IMG/VR virus record: IMGVR_UViG_3300022916_000006
Location: 1-64,000 of that record
Origin: a virus
Length of the DNA stretch: 64,000 nt
Strand: one strand, 5' to 3'
Shown: in pieces, positions 9,827 to 19,035 of the stretch
Layout of the letters: each line of letters begins with the position of its first letter
How positions within the stretch are numbered: the first letter of the stretch is position 1
The notes under the pieces: generated by a model
The model's database searches: none
Told to the model about the DNA's origin: nothing
The model's input: only the letters and a program-made list of their open reading frames with translations
Program-made: the position numbers and the translations under genes

Positions 9827-10148
9827 AAGTACATTCATAGATGATGTATTACTAGAATTATCAATGAGAGTTGATAATGGAATGCCAGATTTAAATGATA
9901 AAGCACATCTCAAGGTATTACGAGAGATATTAATTGAATGGAACGTTGATGAGACATTCATACGACAATATATTAAAAATATAAAAGATGGTCCAGTTGA
10001 AACGATATATGAAGTTGATCTAACTGGGGATGTTGCTAAGGATTTACAAAAGCAACAAAAAATTGATGATAAAAAAGAAAAGAAAGAGGATGATGAAGAT
10101 GAAAAGAAAGACGATGAAAGAGATGAGAAATTAAATGATAAAGACTGA
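9810..10148 (+). CDS. Hypothetical protein with charged C-terminal tail
   Basis: ORF overlaps both neighbours and ends in an Asp/Glu/Lys-rich tail. Confidence 0.75.
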   Translation: MRDINKSTFIDDVLLELSMRVDNGMPDLNDKAHLKVLREILIEWNVDETFIRQYIKNIKDGPVETIYEVDLTGDVAKDLQKQQKIDDKKEKKEDDEDEKKDDERDEKLNDKD

Positions 10149-10575
10149 TAATAACAACACAACTACAGCGTATGTGAAAACGCAACTATTGTGTACATTT
10201 ACAGATAGGATAAGTTTACTACGAGTTGTAGATAAAATACAAGACATATATAAAATACCAACTGGTAAAATATATATACTACAGAACACTGATAATATTC
10301 AAGAGTTCATATGTACATATAATATTGAGATAGCTGAGAGTATGGATTTTTCACAAATACCGAATACAATAACAGTGCATAGAAAAAAACATACCAGAAC
10401 TATATATACAATTAATAGTCTGAATGAACTTATTAAAAACTTCAATAATGGTGTGCTTGATACGTCATTTGAAGTGCCGTGGGAAAACTTTCAAGATATG
10501 GTCATTGTGAGCAATAATAATGAACTTCAAAAAATAAACACGAAACTGTATAAAGTAGTCAATGTAATCGATTAA
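10135..10575 (+). CDS. Hypothetical phage protein
   Basis: Operon-packed ORF (QLLCTFT...HRKKHTRTIYTINSLN). Confidence 0.75.
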   Translation: MIKTDNNNTTTAYVKTQLLCTFTDRISLLRVVDKIQDIYKIPTGKIYILQNTDNIQEFICTYNIEIAESMDFSQIPNTITVHRKKHTRTIYTINSLNELIKNFNNGVLDTSFEVPWENFQDMVIVSNNNELQKINTKLYKVVNVID

Positions 10576-10592
10576 TTAAATAAGAGGGATAT

Positions 10593-11366
10593 ATGAATAA
10601 AAAAGAGATTTATTTCTTTTTTTCTATAGGATGTGCATATTGCAAAAAAGCAGAACCACATATTGAAAAATTGAATAAAGAAGGTTACAACGTTACAAAA
10701 TTAGACGTTGCAGATATAAAAAATAAAAAAGCATTTGCTGAAATAAAAAAAGAACTTGATATTAAATGTGGAACACCACTATTTGTTGATGTAGAATCTG
10801 ATAGATTTCTATGTGGATATAGAGACTTCGATACATTACATAGTTGGTTAGAAGGTGCTGATGTACCATCACATATAGGTCCAATTACAAAACCACCAAT
10901 ATTACCACTAATGGATGCAAAATCAACTGAAGTTGATAAGTTCAAGAAAGAATATAAAAAATGGGTATCAGATAATTCACATATGGAGAATATGCGAAAT
11001 GTTGATGATATGTTGAAAAACAGACCTAAGACTAAACCACCAGTACCACCTAAAAATATAACAGATGTCACATTGAAAGCATTTAAGAAAGAGTATACTA
11101 CATGGCAATCTGAAAATACACATTTGAAGAATTTAATAGATGTTGATAAAGTCATACAGATGTTAAAACAAAGAGCGAATGTTACCAATACAGCATCTAC
11201 AGGTGTTACCATACCACATGTTAAAACTATAAATACATCATTTTATTATATGGTTGAAAATGGTAAAAATGTTAAAGTATATGCAGATAGTGAATATATA
11301 AAAAAACTACAACAAACTCATTATATGAGAGATACTACAGGTAAATTAACAAAAGTTGTAATTTAA
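10593..11366 (+). CDS. Thioredoxin/glutaredoxin-like protein with a repeated C-terminal domain
   Basis: CAYC (CxxC) near the N-terminus, CGTPLF cis-Pro loop, and an internal repeat of about 45-48 aa. Confidence 0.75.
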   Translation: MNKKEIYFFFSIGCAYCKKAEPHIEKLNKEGYNVTKLDVADIKNKKAFAEIKKELDIKCGTPLFVDVESDRFLCGYRDFDTLHSWLEGADVPSHIGPITKPPILPLMDAKSTEVDKFKKEYKKWVSDNSHMENMRNVDDMLKNRPKTKPPVPPKNITDVTLKAFKKEYTTWQSENTHLKNLIDVDKVIQMLKQRANVTNTASTGVTIPHVKTINTSFYYMVENGKNVKVYADSEYIKKLQQTHYMRDTTGKLTKVVI

Positions 11367-11762
11367 ATGAAGAAGTTTGATATAACACCCGTAGATGAGG
11401 GTGAATTAACTGAATCTGAATTGGTAGAGGTTTCAAACATTGAAAGTGTAGTAGATGAAGAGAATGTCAAGAAGTTCCCGTCACGGTTCAATATGGCACG
11501 ATCATTTGCTATTCAGAGTTGGAAAGAGATAAAGTCACGAGTTAAATTAAAAAATGCACCACAATCAATTGATGAGTCCAATCGAAGATGGGAGATATGT
11601 AAAACATGTCCATTTTTAGTATTTGATGAAACCAATCCCGATACTGGAAAGAAAGATGGTAGATGTATTCATTGTGGATGTTTCATGGCAATCAAAGTGC
11701 ATTACATCACAGCTGAATGTCCAGAAGAAAAGTGGGATGAAAAAGAAAATGAAAATAAATGA
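11367..11762 (+). CDS. Cys-rich metal-binding protein
   Basis: CKTCP...RCIHCGC...K......CPEEKW pattern. Confidence 0.7.
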   Translation: MKKFDITPVDEGELTESELVEVSNIESVVDEENVKKFPSRFNMARSFAIQSWKEIKSRVKLKNAPQSIDESNRRWEICKTCPFLVFDETNPDTGKKDGRCIHCGCFMAIKVHYITAECPEEKWDEKENENK

Positions 11763-11806
11763 AGAAAAGTTGTTGACTTGCGACTTTTACCCTATATTTA
11801 TATATA
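11746..11806 (+). promoter_or_regulatory. Promoter, copy 1 of a 61-bp repeat, upstream of the SSB gene
   Basis: AAAATGAAAATAAATGAAGAAAAGTTGTTGACTTGCGACTTTTACCCTATATTTATATATA; 59/61 identical to 32751..32811; contains TTGACT and TATATTTA. Confidence 0.75.
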
Positions 11807-11874
11807 CACTACGAATTAAGTGTAGTGTCAATAAACAATAAATAATAAAATAAAAAATAATAACAATAGGAGTT

Positions 11875-12675
11875 ATGATTATGGATGTAAATGCCGCAAT
11901 TAAAAAGTTACAAAAATTACAAAACGTTACGAGCACAGCAAAGAACATTTGGAAACCTACTGGAAAATCAACTGTTAGAATAGTACCTTATAAATTCAAT
12001 AAGGATAACCCATTTCTTGAATTATATTTTCATTATAATTTAGGTGATAACAAAACACATCTTTCACCAGTATCGTATGGTAGACCTGATCCGATTCAAG
12101 AGTATGCTGATAAACTAAAAGCTACTGGAGAAAAGCAAGATTTTGTTGAGGGAAGAAAGCTTGAACCTAAAATGAGAACATTTTTACCAATCGTCGAAAG
12201 AGGAAAAGAAGATGAAGGTGTCAAATTTTGGGGATTTGGTAAAACAGTATATACAGAATTGTTAGGTACTATTGCTGATCCTGAATATGGTGATATTACA
12301 CGAATTGAAGAAGGTCGTGATATTAACATTGAAAAGCAAACACCACAACAAGCAAACAATCAATATGGGAAAGTACTAATTAGAGTTAGTCCTAGAGTGT
12401 CACCATTACATGAGGATGCAACGGTAACTAAATCATTATTAGAAGATCAGCTTGATATTAATGATGTGTATGAGGAACCTTCATATGATGAGTTAGATAG
12501 ATTATTTAAGAATCTAATATCTCCAGAAGATGATGATTCTAATGGATCAAATGGTGAGAGTACGGAATCACATGCAGAACCTGCTGGTGATGTTGAAACT
12601 ACACAACCTGCACAAGCAACAACCGATCCAACAGAAGTTGGTGATGCGTTTGAACAAGCGTTCGGATCAAAATAA
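11875..12675 (+). CDS. Single-stranded DNA-binding protein (T4 gp32-like)
   Basis: IWKP..GKSTVRIVP, VKFWGFGKTVY, YGDIT..EEGRDI and an acidic C-terminal tail. Confidence 0.85.
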   Translation: MIMDVNAAIKKLQKLQNVTSTAKNIWKPTGKSTVRIVPYKFNKDNPFLELYFHYNLGDNKTHLSPVSYGRPDPIQEYADKLKATGEKQDFVEGRKLEPKMRTFLPIVERGKEDEGVKFWGFGKTVYTELLGTIADPEYGDITRIEEGRDINIEKQTPQQANNQYGKVLIRVSPRVSPLHEDATVTKSLLEDQLDINDVYEEPSYDELDRLFKNLISPEDDDSNGSNGESTESHAEPAGDVETTQPAQATTDPTEVGDAFEQAFGSK

Positions 12676-12708
12676 GGTTCACACTATAACCTCGTAGTTA
12701 TGTAAACG

Positions 12709-12736
12709 AATATGCCCCCTTTGGGGGCATATTTTA
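12709..12736 (+). terminator. Rho-independent terminator
   Basis: AATATGCCCCC-TTT-GGGGGCATATT is a perfect 11-bp inverted repeat ending in a short T-run, after the SSB gene. Confidence 0.75.
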
Positions 12737-12770
12737 CAACAATTTATAAATATATAATCAGGAGCTGTAT

Positions 12771-13871
12771 ATGTCAAAAACTAATACGGACACATTGGCT
12801 GGAGTCTTAGCCAATGATTTAAACAAACAATTTAAAGATAACGACAAAGTGGCGTTCTTTTTAGATGACGCAAAAGGATCACCTACTGATGTAGTTGATT
12901 TCGTTTCAACAGGATCATCAATTTTAGATTTAATAATTTCAAATAGAAAAAATGGTGGATTACCATACGGTAAAATAGTAGAGTTTCAAGGGTTAGAAGC
13001 ATCAGGAAAATCATTAATATGTTCACATGTAATTGCTGAAGTACAGAAGCAGGATGGAATTGGTATATACATAGATACTGAATCTGCGGCATCTCAAGAG
13101 TTTTTAACTGCTATTGGAGTGGATAACAGTCAAATGTTATATTTGAGTTTTGATACGGTTGAAGATATTTTCAGTTCAATTGAAGCATTAGTAACAAGAA
13201 TAAGATCATCAGATCGAGACAGAAAAGTTGTGATAGTGGTTGATTCTATATCAGCCGCATCAAGTAAAGTTGAAATGGAAGCTGATTTTGATCAAGCTGG
13301 TTGGGCAACTGCAAAAGCTATTATTATTTCAAAAGCTATGAGAAAATTAACACAAATGATTGCCAAACAAAAAATATGCTTAATATTCACATCACAATTA
13401 CGAATTAATCTTGGTGTATCATTTGGTGACAAATACATAACATCAGGTGGTAAAGCATTAGGATTTCATGCATCAGTTATTGTTAGATTAACAAAATCAT
13501 TAAAAATCAAAAACCCAAAAGGTGATATAATTGGAATTCAAGCGAAGGCTAAAATTCATAAAAATAGAATAGGACCCCCATTACGAGAAACTACTATATT
13601 GATATATTTTGATCGTGGGATTGATGATATTAACGGATGGTTGCAATTTTTGAAGATTCGAAAGTTAGTAAAATCAGGTGGGTCTTGGTACACAATTACA
13701 CATCCAACTACAAAAGAAGACATTAAATTTCAAGCAAAAGATTGGGAAAATAAACTTAAAGATCCTGTATTGAAAAGTCATGTGTATGATATTATATGTG
13801 ATGATTTAATATTAACATACAAAAAACGTGAAGATCGTAATTTAGATAATATTAACGTAGTAGATGAATGA
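12771..13871 (+). CDS. recA: RecA/UvsX recombinase
   Basis: VSTGSSILD, Walker A GLEASGKS, YIDTESA, IVVDSISA, TSGGKALGFHASV. Confidence 0.95.
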   Translation: MSKTNTDTLAGVLANDLNKQFKDNDKVAFFLDDAKGSPTDVVDFVSTGSSILDLIISNRKNGGLPYGKIVEFQGLEASGKSLICSHVIAEVQKQDGIGIYIDTESAASQEFLTAIGVDNSQMLYLSFDTVEDIFSSIEALVTRIRSSDRDRKVVIVVDSISAASSKVEMEADFDQAGWATAKAIIISKAMRKLTQMIAKQKICLIFTSQLRINLGVSFGDKYITSGGKALGFHASVIVRLTKSLKIKNPKGDIIGIQAKAKIHKNRIGPPLRETTILIYFDRGIDDINGWLQFLKIRKLVKSGGSWYTITHPTTKEDIKFQAKDWENKLKDPVLKSHVYDIICDDLILTYKKREDRNLDNINVVDE

Positions 13872-13878
13872 GTAATGA

Positions 13879-14883
13879 ATGAATGCTAATGATAATATCT
13901 TAATTGTAGACGGATTCAACACCTTCAAGAGAGTATTTGCAGTCAATAGCTCAGTTAATTCAATTGGTGAGCATGTTGGTGGTATTGTTGGATTTTTATA
14001 TTCATTACGTAAAGCGATAAATATAATCAATCCAAGTAGATGTATCATTGTATTTGATGGAAAAGATGGGTCTAAATATAGACGTAAAATATATCCAGAA
14101 TATAAGATGAATAGACGTAATAAACATAGTTACAATCGACATAAACAGTTCAGCACGGGCGTATCAGAAGAACAACAAATCATAAATGAATTGAGACATT
14201 TAATTACATATCTGGAAGTGTTACCATTAAACATAATATCAATAGATGGTATTGAAGCTGATGACACGATAGCATATATAGTGAATACTCTATCTCATGA
14301 TAAAAATAAAACAACAATAATGTCTACAGACAAAGATTTCTATCAATTAATCAATGATAACGTTATAGTGTGGAGCCCAACTAAAAATATATTAGTTACT
14401 AAAACTGAAGTAAATGATGAATTTGGTATTATTCCAGATAACTTTATTGTATTGAAAACATTAATTGGTGATAATAGTGACAACATATCTGGTATAAAAG
14501 GTGCAGGGTCAAAGACAGTGAAGAAGTATTTTCCAGAGTTATTTACGAGTGATGTTATGGATATGAAAGAGTTTTTCAAATATGCAAAAGAATGTAGTGT
14601 AGATTCTAAATTAAAAATACATGATAATGTGATTAATAATATTGATATATTAAAAAGAAATTATATATTAATGCAACTAAAAAACCCACCAGTGAATAAT
14701 AGAAATAAATTGAAAATAACAAACATAGTGAATGGAGATATACCAGAATTGATAAAATATAAATTGCAAGTTACATTCTTACAAGATAATCTATCATCAA
14801 ATATAAAGAATTTTGAATCATTTATTAGATCATTTAATATATTACATTTTAATGCATGTGATCATAATAAAAATATAACATGA
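13879..14883 (+). CDS. 5'-3' exonuclease / flap endonuclease (T4 RNase H-like)
   Basis: LIVDGFN, VFDG, EADD, STDKDFYQL, GDNSDNISGIKGAG. Confidence 0.92.
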   Translation: MNANDNILIVDGFNTFKRVFAVNSSVNSIGEHVGGIVGFLYSLRKAINIINPSRCIIVFDGKDGSKYRRKIYPEYKMNRRNKHSYNRHKQFSTGVSEEQQIINELRHLITYLEVLPLNIISIDGIEADDTIAYIVNTLSHDKNKTTIMSTDKDFYQLINDNVIVWSPTKNILVTKTEVNDEFGIIPDNFIVLKTLIGDNSDNISGIKGAGSKTVKKYFPELFTSDVMDMKEFFKYAKECSVDSKLKIHDNVINNIDILKRNYILMQLKNPPVNNRNKLKITNIVNGDIPELIKYKLQVTFLQDNLSSNIKNFESFIRSFNILHFNACDHNKNIT

Positions 14884-16235
14884 AAAATATAGAATACTTA
14901 AAATATGGTTACAATTTCCAAATAAAATTAATTGTTGCACTGATGCTTGATAGAACGTTTTTAGAACAGATATATGATATATTGGATGTTAAATTAATAG
15001 AAGCTGAATCATTGAAATGGATATTTAAAAAAATGAAAACATATTTTGAAAAATATCAAAAGTCAATTACATTTGATATATTTAAAATTGAAATGGAAAC
15101 AGATAAAGTATCTGATATAATAAAAAGTGACATTATAGATAAGCTACGAGATGTACATAAAAATTACAATGCTACAGATTTGGATTTTATAAAAGATAAA
15201 TCAGTTGAATTTTTTAAAAATCAAAATTTAAAAGGTGCAATAGTTGAGACTGCATCATTGATGGAAAACACATCACAAGATTATGATAAAATAAGAACAA
15301 TAATAAATAACGCATTAAATGCGGGAACAGAGAGAAACATAGGACATGAATATTTAACAATGATAACAGAAAGATATGATGAAGAAAACAGAAATACAAT
15401 ACCAACACCCTGGTCACATTTTAATGAGGCTATGGATGGTGGTTTAAGTGCTGGTGAATTAGGTGTGATAGTTGCACCAAGTGGAGTTGGTAAGAGTTGG
15501 ATATTACAAGCAATGGCGGCTCATATGATACAAGAAGGCAAGGATGTGGTGTATTACACAATGGAATTAAATGAGATATATGTTGGTAAACGAGTTGATA
15601 GTATATTGAGTGGAATAAATTATCAAGAATTAAAATATCGTGAAGATGAAATTCACCCGATAGTTAATAAAATACCAGGTAAGTTAACGATTAAATATTT
15701 TCCAACAAAGTATCCAACAGCACATACATTGTTGGCACATACTAAAAAATTAAGAGCAATGGGAATTGGATGTGATGCTATAATAGTCGATTATGCAGAT
15801 ATTATTAAAGATGCACAAGCCAATACTGAAATGAGACATGCATTAGGTAATATATATGAAGATTTGAGAGGTATTGCTGGTGAATTAGAAGTACCTATGT
15901 GGACAGCATCACAAGCAAATAAGAGTGCATTACAAGATGACATAATTGAAGCTGAAAGAATTGCAGAATCATATCAAAAGATAATGACAGCAGATTTTGT
16001 ATTATCATTATCACGACATAAAGAAGATAAGATTGCAAATACTGGAAGGTTTCATGTTATAAAGAATAGATTTGGGCCTGATGGGATGTCATATAGTGCT
16101 GAAATTGATACCAATAAAGGTTATATACGAATATTAAAAGCATATAATGAAGTAAAGACGCTATCTCCAACAGAAACTAAAGCTTATCATGGAAAACGTC
16201 ATAAAGAAATATTTGGTAAAGCTACTAGGAGTTAA
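14880..16235 (+). CDS. Replicative DNA helicase (DnaB/gp41-like)
   Basis: Walker A APSGVGKS, YTMEL, IVDYADI, WTASQAN, VIKNRFG. Confidence 0.93.
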   Translation: MKNIEYLKYGYNFQIKLIVALMLDRTFLEQIYDILDVKLIEAESLKWIFKKMKTYFEKYQKSITFDIFKIEMETDKVSDIIKSDIIDKLRDVHKNYNATDLDFIKDKSVEFFKNQNLKGAIVETASLMENTSQDYDKIRTIINNALNAGTERNIGHEYLTMITERYDEENRNTIPTPWSHFNEAMDGGLSAGELGVIVAPSGVGKSWILQAMAAHMIQEGKDVVYYTMELNEIYVGKRVDSILSGINYQELKYREDEIHPIVNKIPGKLTIKYFPTKYPTAHTLLAHTKKLRAMGIGCDAIIVDYADIIKDAQANTEMRHALGNIYEDLRGIAGELEVPMWTASQANKSALQDDIIEAERIAESYQKIMTADFVLSLSRHKEDKIANTGRFHVIKNRFGPDGMSYSAEIDTNKGYIRILKAYNEVKTLSPTETKAYHGKRHKEIFGKATRS

Positions 16236-16240
16236 AGAAT

Positions 16241-18262
16241 ATGAATATAAAATCATTTAAATTATCAAAACAATTTGTTGAAAGATATAAGAAAATAAAT
16301 CCAGAATTTGGATTTGATGGTCTTGGTGAATTAGTGTACATGAGAACCTATTCAAGAATTAAAGACGATGGTACAAATGAAGTGTGGTGGGAAACTGTAC
16401 AACGTGTGGTTGAAGGAACCTACACCATGCAAAAGAATCATATTGAAAATTCTAATTTGGGTTGGAATGCATGGAGAGCACAGAAATCAGCACAAGAGAT
16501 GTACAGACGAATATTCACTATGAAGTTTTTACCACCAGGTCGTGGATTGTGGGCAATGGGAACACCAATAACAGAGGAACGTGGATTATATGCCGCATTA
16601 AATAATTGTGCATTTGTTTCAACCAAAACATTAAAAGAAGATTTGTCAAAACCATTTTGTTTTTTGATGGATGCATCAATGTTAGGAGTTGGTGTTGGTT
16701 TTGATGTGAGAGGTGCTGAACAAATAATCATTAAACCACCTAGAGTATCATCATTAAAAGAGAAATATGTTGTTCCAGATGATCGTGAAGGTTGGGTTGA
16801 AAGTTTGAAATTATTACTTGATAGTTATTTCATGGGTACTGGTGAAATTGAATTTGATTATTCATTAATTAGAGCTGAAGGTGCTTTAATTAAAGGATTT
16901 GGTGGAGTGAGTAGTGGTGCAGGACCATTAAAAAAAGTACACAAAGACATTCGAAGAGTATTGAACGGTAATATTGATGATCCAATAACGATTACCACGA
17001 TTGTTGATATTATGAATTTAATTGGAACATGTGTTGTAGCTGGTAACGTGAGAAGAAGTGCTGAGATTGTATTTGGTGAAGCTACTAATGATGAATATAT
17101 CAATTTAAAAAATTATGAAATGAATCCAGAACGAGAAGAATATGGTTGGACATCAAACAATTCAGTATTTGCTAATGTAGATACTGATTATTCACAGTTT
17201 GTTGATAGAATATGTGACAATGGTGAGCCTGGGATATTTTGGTTAGATAATGCAAGAAAATATGGTAGAATGTCAAATGGTCCAGACAACAAAGACTTTC
17301 GAGCTGATGGTACAAATCCATGTGCAGAGCAAGTATTAGAATCGTATGAATTATGTTGTTTGGTTGAAACATTTCCAGATAGACATGAATCATTAGATGA
17401 TTTTTTAACTACTCTTAAATATGCATATTTATATGCAAAGACGGTGACTCTTGGTAAAACTCAATGGTCTGACACAAATAGAGTGATGTTGAGAAATAGA
17501 AGAATTGGATGCAGTGTGAGTGGAGTGGCACAATTTATATCACATCAGGGATTAACTACATTAAAGAAATGGTTAGATGTTGGATATAATGCAATTAAAG
17601 AGTGGGATGAGAAATATTCTGATTGGTTTGCAATACCAAAAAGCATTAGAGTTTCAAGTGTGAAACCAAGTGGTACAATCTCATTATTAGCTGGTGCAAC
17701 ACCAGGAATTCATTATCCAGAGAGTAGATTTTATATACGTCGAATTAGATTATCAAATACAAGCAAATTATTAACACCATTGAAGAGAGCTGGATATGTT
17801 ATTGAACCTGCATTTGGTAGTGAAGATTCTACAGTTGTAGTTGAGATTCCAATTGATGTTGGTGAAGGAGTAAGAACGTTAGATGACGTGGGGATGTATG
17901 AGCAATTATCATTGGCGGCATTTATGCAGAAGTATTGGTCTGATAATTCAGTAAGTTGTACAATTACATTTGATAGGGAGACTGAAGGACCACTAATTGA
18001 ACAAGCATTGAATTATTTTCAATATCAATTAAAGAGTGTTTCATTCTTACCAAAATTAGACAATACTACATATAAACAAATGCCATATGAACATATAACT
18101 GAAGATGATTATAATACAATTACTAAGAAGATCAAGAAATTGAATTTCAAAAGCGTTAAAGGAAATGAAGCTGAGATTGATAGATTTTGTACAACAGATT
18201 ATTGTGAATTAGGATCAGAAATTAGTGAAATAAAATCAACACAAAATGTAGGAAAAAAATAG
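16241..18262 (+). CDS. nrdJ: Class II adenosylcobalamin-dependent ribonucleotide reductase (monomeric RTPR type)
   Basis: FLPPGRGLWAMG, LNNC, VAGNVRRSA, thiyl-site NPCAEQ, VKPSGTISLLAG and C-terminal FCTTDYC; no beta subunit nearby. Confidence 0.92.
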   Translation: MNIKSFKLSKQFVERYKKINPEFGFDGLGELVYMRTYSRIKDDGTNEVWWETVQRVVEGTYTMQKNHIENSNLGWNAWRAQKSAQEMYRRIFTMKFLPPGRGLWAMGTPITEERGLYAALNNCAFVSTKTLKEDLSKPFCFLMDASMLGVGVGFDVRGAEQIIIKPPRVSSLKEKYVVPDDREGWVESLKLLLDSYFMGTGEIEFDYSLIRAEGALIKGFGGVSSGAGPLKKVHKDIRRVLNGNIDDPITITTIVDIMNLIGTCVVAGNVRRSAEIVFGEATNDEYINLKNYEMNPEREEYGWTSNNSVFANVDTDYSQFVDRICDNGEPGIFWLDNARKYGRMSNGPDNKDFRADGTNPCAEQVLESYELCCLVETFPDRHESLDDFLTTLKYAYLYAKTVTLGKTQWSDTNRVMLRNRRIGCSVSGVAQFISHQGLTTLKKWLDVGYNAIKEWDEKYSDWFAIPKSIRVSSVKPSGTISLLAGATPGIHYPESRFYIRRIRLSNTSKLLTPLKRAGYVIEPAFGSEDSTVVVEIPIDVGEGVRTLDDVGMYEQLSLAAFMQKYWSDNSVSCTITFDRETEGPLIEQALNYFQYQLKSVSFLPKLDNTTYKQMPYEHITEDDYNTITKKIKKLNFKSVKGNEAEIDRFCTTDYCELGSEISEIKSTQNVGKK

Positions 18263-18264
18263 AT

Positions 18265-18687
18265 ATGGAATTAAAAGTGAAAAGATTAACTCGACATGCT
18301 AGATTACCAGAAAAAGCACATGCTGATGATTTGGGGTATGATATATTTTCATCAGAACCTTATCAATTTGAACCTGGTGATATTAGAACAATAAAGACTG
18401 GAATATGTATATCACCAAATAATAATTCATATGGGTGTATTATCAAAGATAGAAGCTCACTTGCTATGAAAGGGATGTTTGTACATGCTGGTATTATTGA
18501 TGCTGGATATAGAGGTGAGGTAAAAATACTATTTCATAATGCATCAAAGAAGGCATATCAAATCGATACTGGTGATAAAGTTGCACAGTTGATTCCACAT
18601 AAGATTATCAATTTTACAATTACTGATCAATATGATCTACATAACACAAAAAGAGGAGCTAAAGGCTTTGGAAGTACAGGTAAATGA
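18265..18687 (+). CDS. dut: Trimeric dUTPase
   Basis: GYDI, DRSSLA, AGIIDAGYRGE, KVAQLI, RGAKGFGSTG. Confidence 0.95.
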   Translation: MELKVKRLTRHARLPEKAHADDLGYDIFSSEPYQFEPGDIRTIKTGICISPNNNSYGCIIKDRSSLAMKGMFVHAGIIDAGYRGEVKILFHNASKKAYQIDTGDKVAQLIPHKIINFTITDQYDLHNTKRGAKGFGSTGK

Positions 18688-19028
18688 ATATGGCAGTAGG
18701 TGATCCAACATGCCCAAAGTGTGGATTTTATTATGCACATACATATGATATTATGAATGGGCATCATGTATGTGTAATTGTGAATAAATCGGATAATAAA
18801 GATGATACAGTTGCAACAAAAATAGAACCAATACCACACGGTAAAGGTCCAAATATTCATGATCTATTGAAAGTTGATATTGAGGAACGTGCAATATTAG
18901 GAGAAAATAGATATGGAGAAAAATTAAAGCCATTCAATGGCAGAGAGGTACTAGTAGATGCATATCAAGAAGCTCTTGATTTGTCAGTATATCTACGACA
19001 ATTAATATATGAAAAATATGGAGAATAA
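18684..19028 (+). CDS. Zn-ribbon plus helical domain protein, possibly a MazG-like NTP pyrophosphohydrolase
   Basis: CPKC...HVC at the N-terminus, then ERAILGENRYG...NGREVLVDAYQEALDLSVYL; lies between dut and polB. Confidence 0.4.
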   Translation: MNMAVGDPTCPKCGFYYAHTYDIMNGHHVCVIVNKSDNKDDTVATKIEPIPHGKGPNIHDLLKVDIEERAILGENRYGEKLKPFNGREVLVDAYQEALDLSVYLRQLIYEKYGE

Positions 19029-19035
19029 AAAATAA

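Noticed and set aside
12745-12752. TATAAATA (T4 late promoter consensus) upstream of recA
   Set aside because: It is a single octamer in very AT-rich DNA before a non-late gene, so chance is likely. The recurrent intergenic motif here is its reverse complement, TATTTATA.
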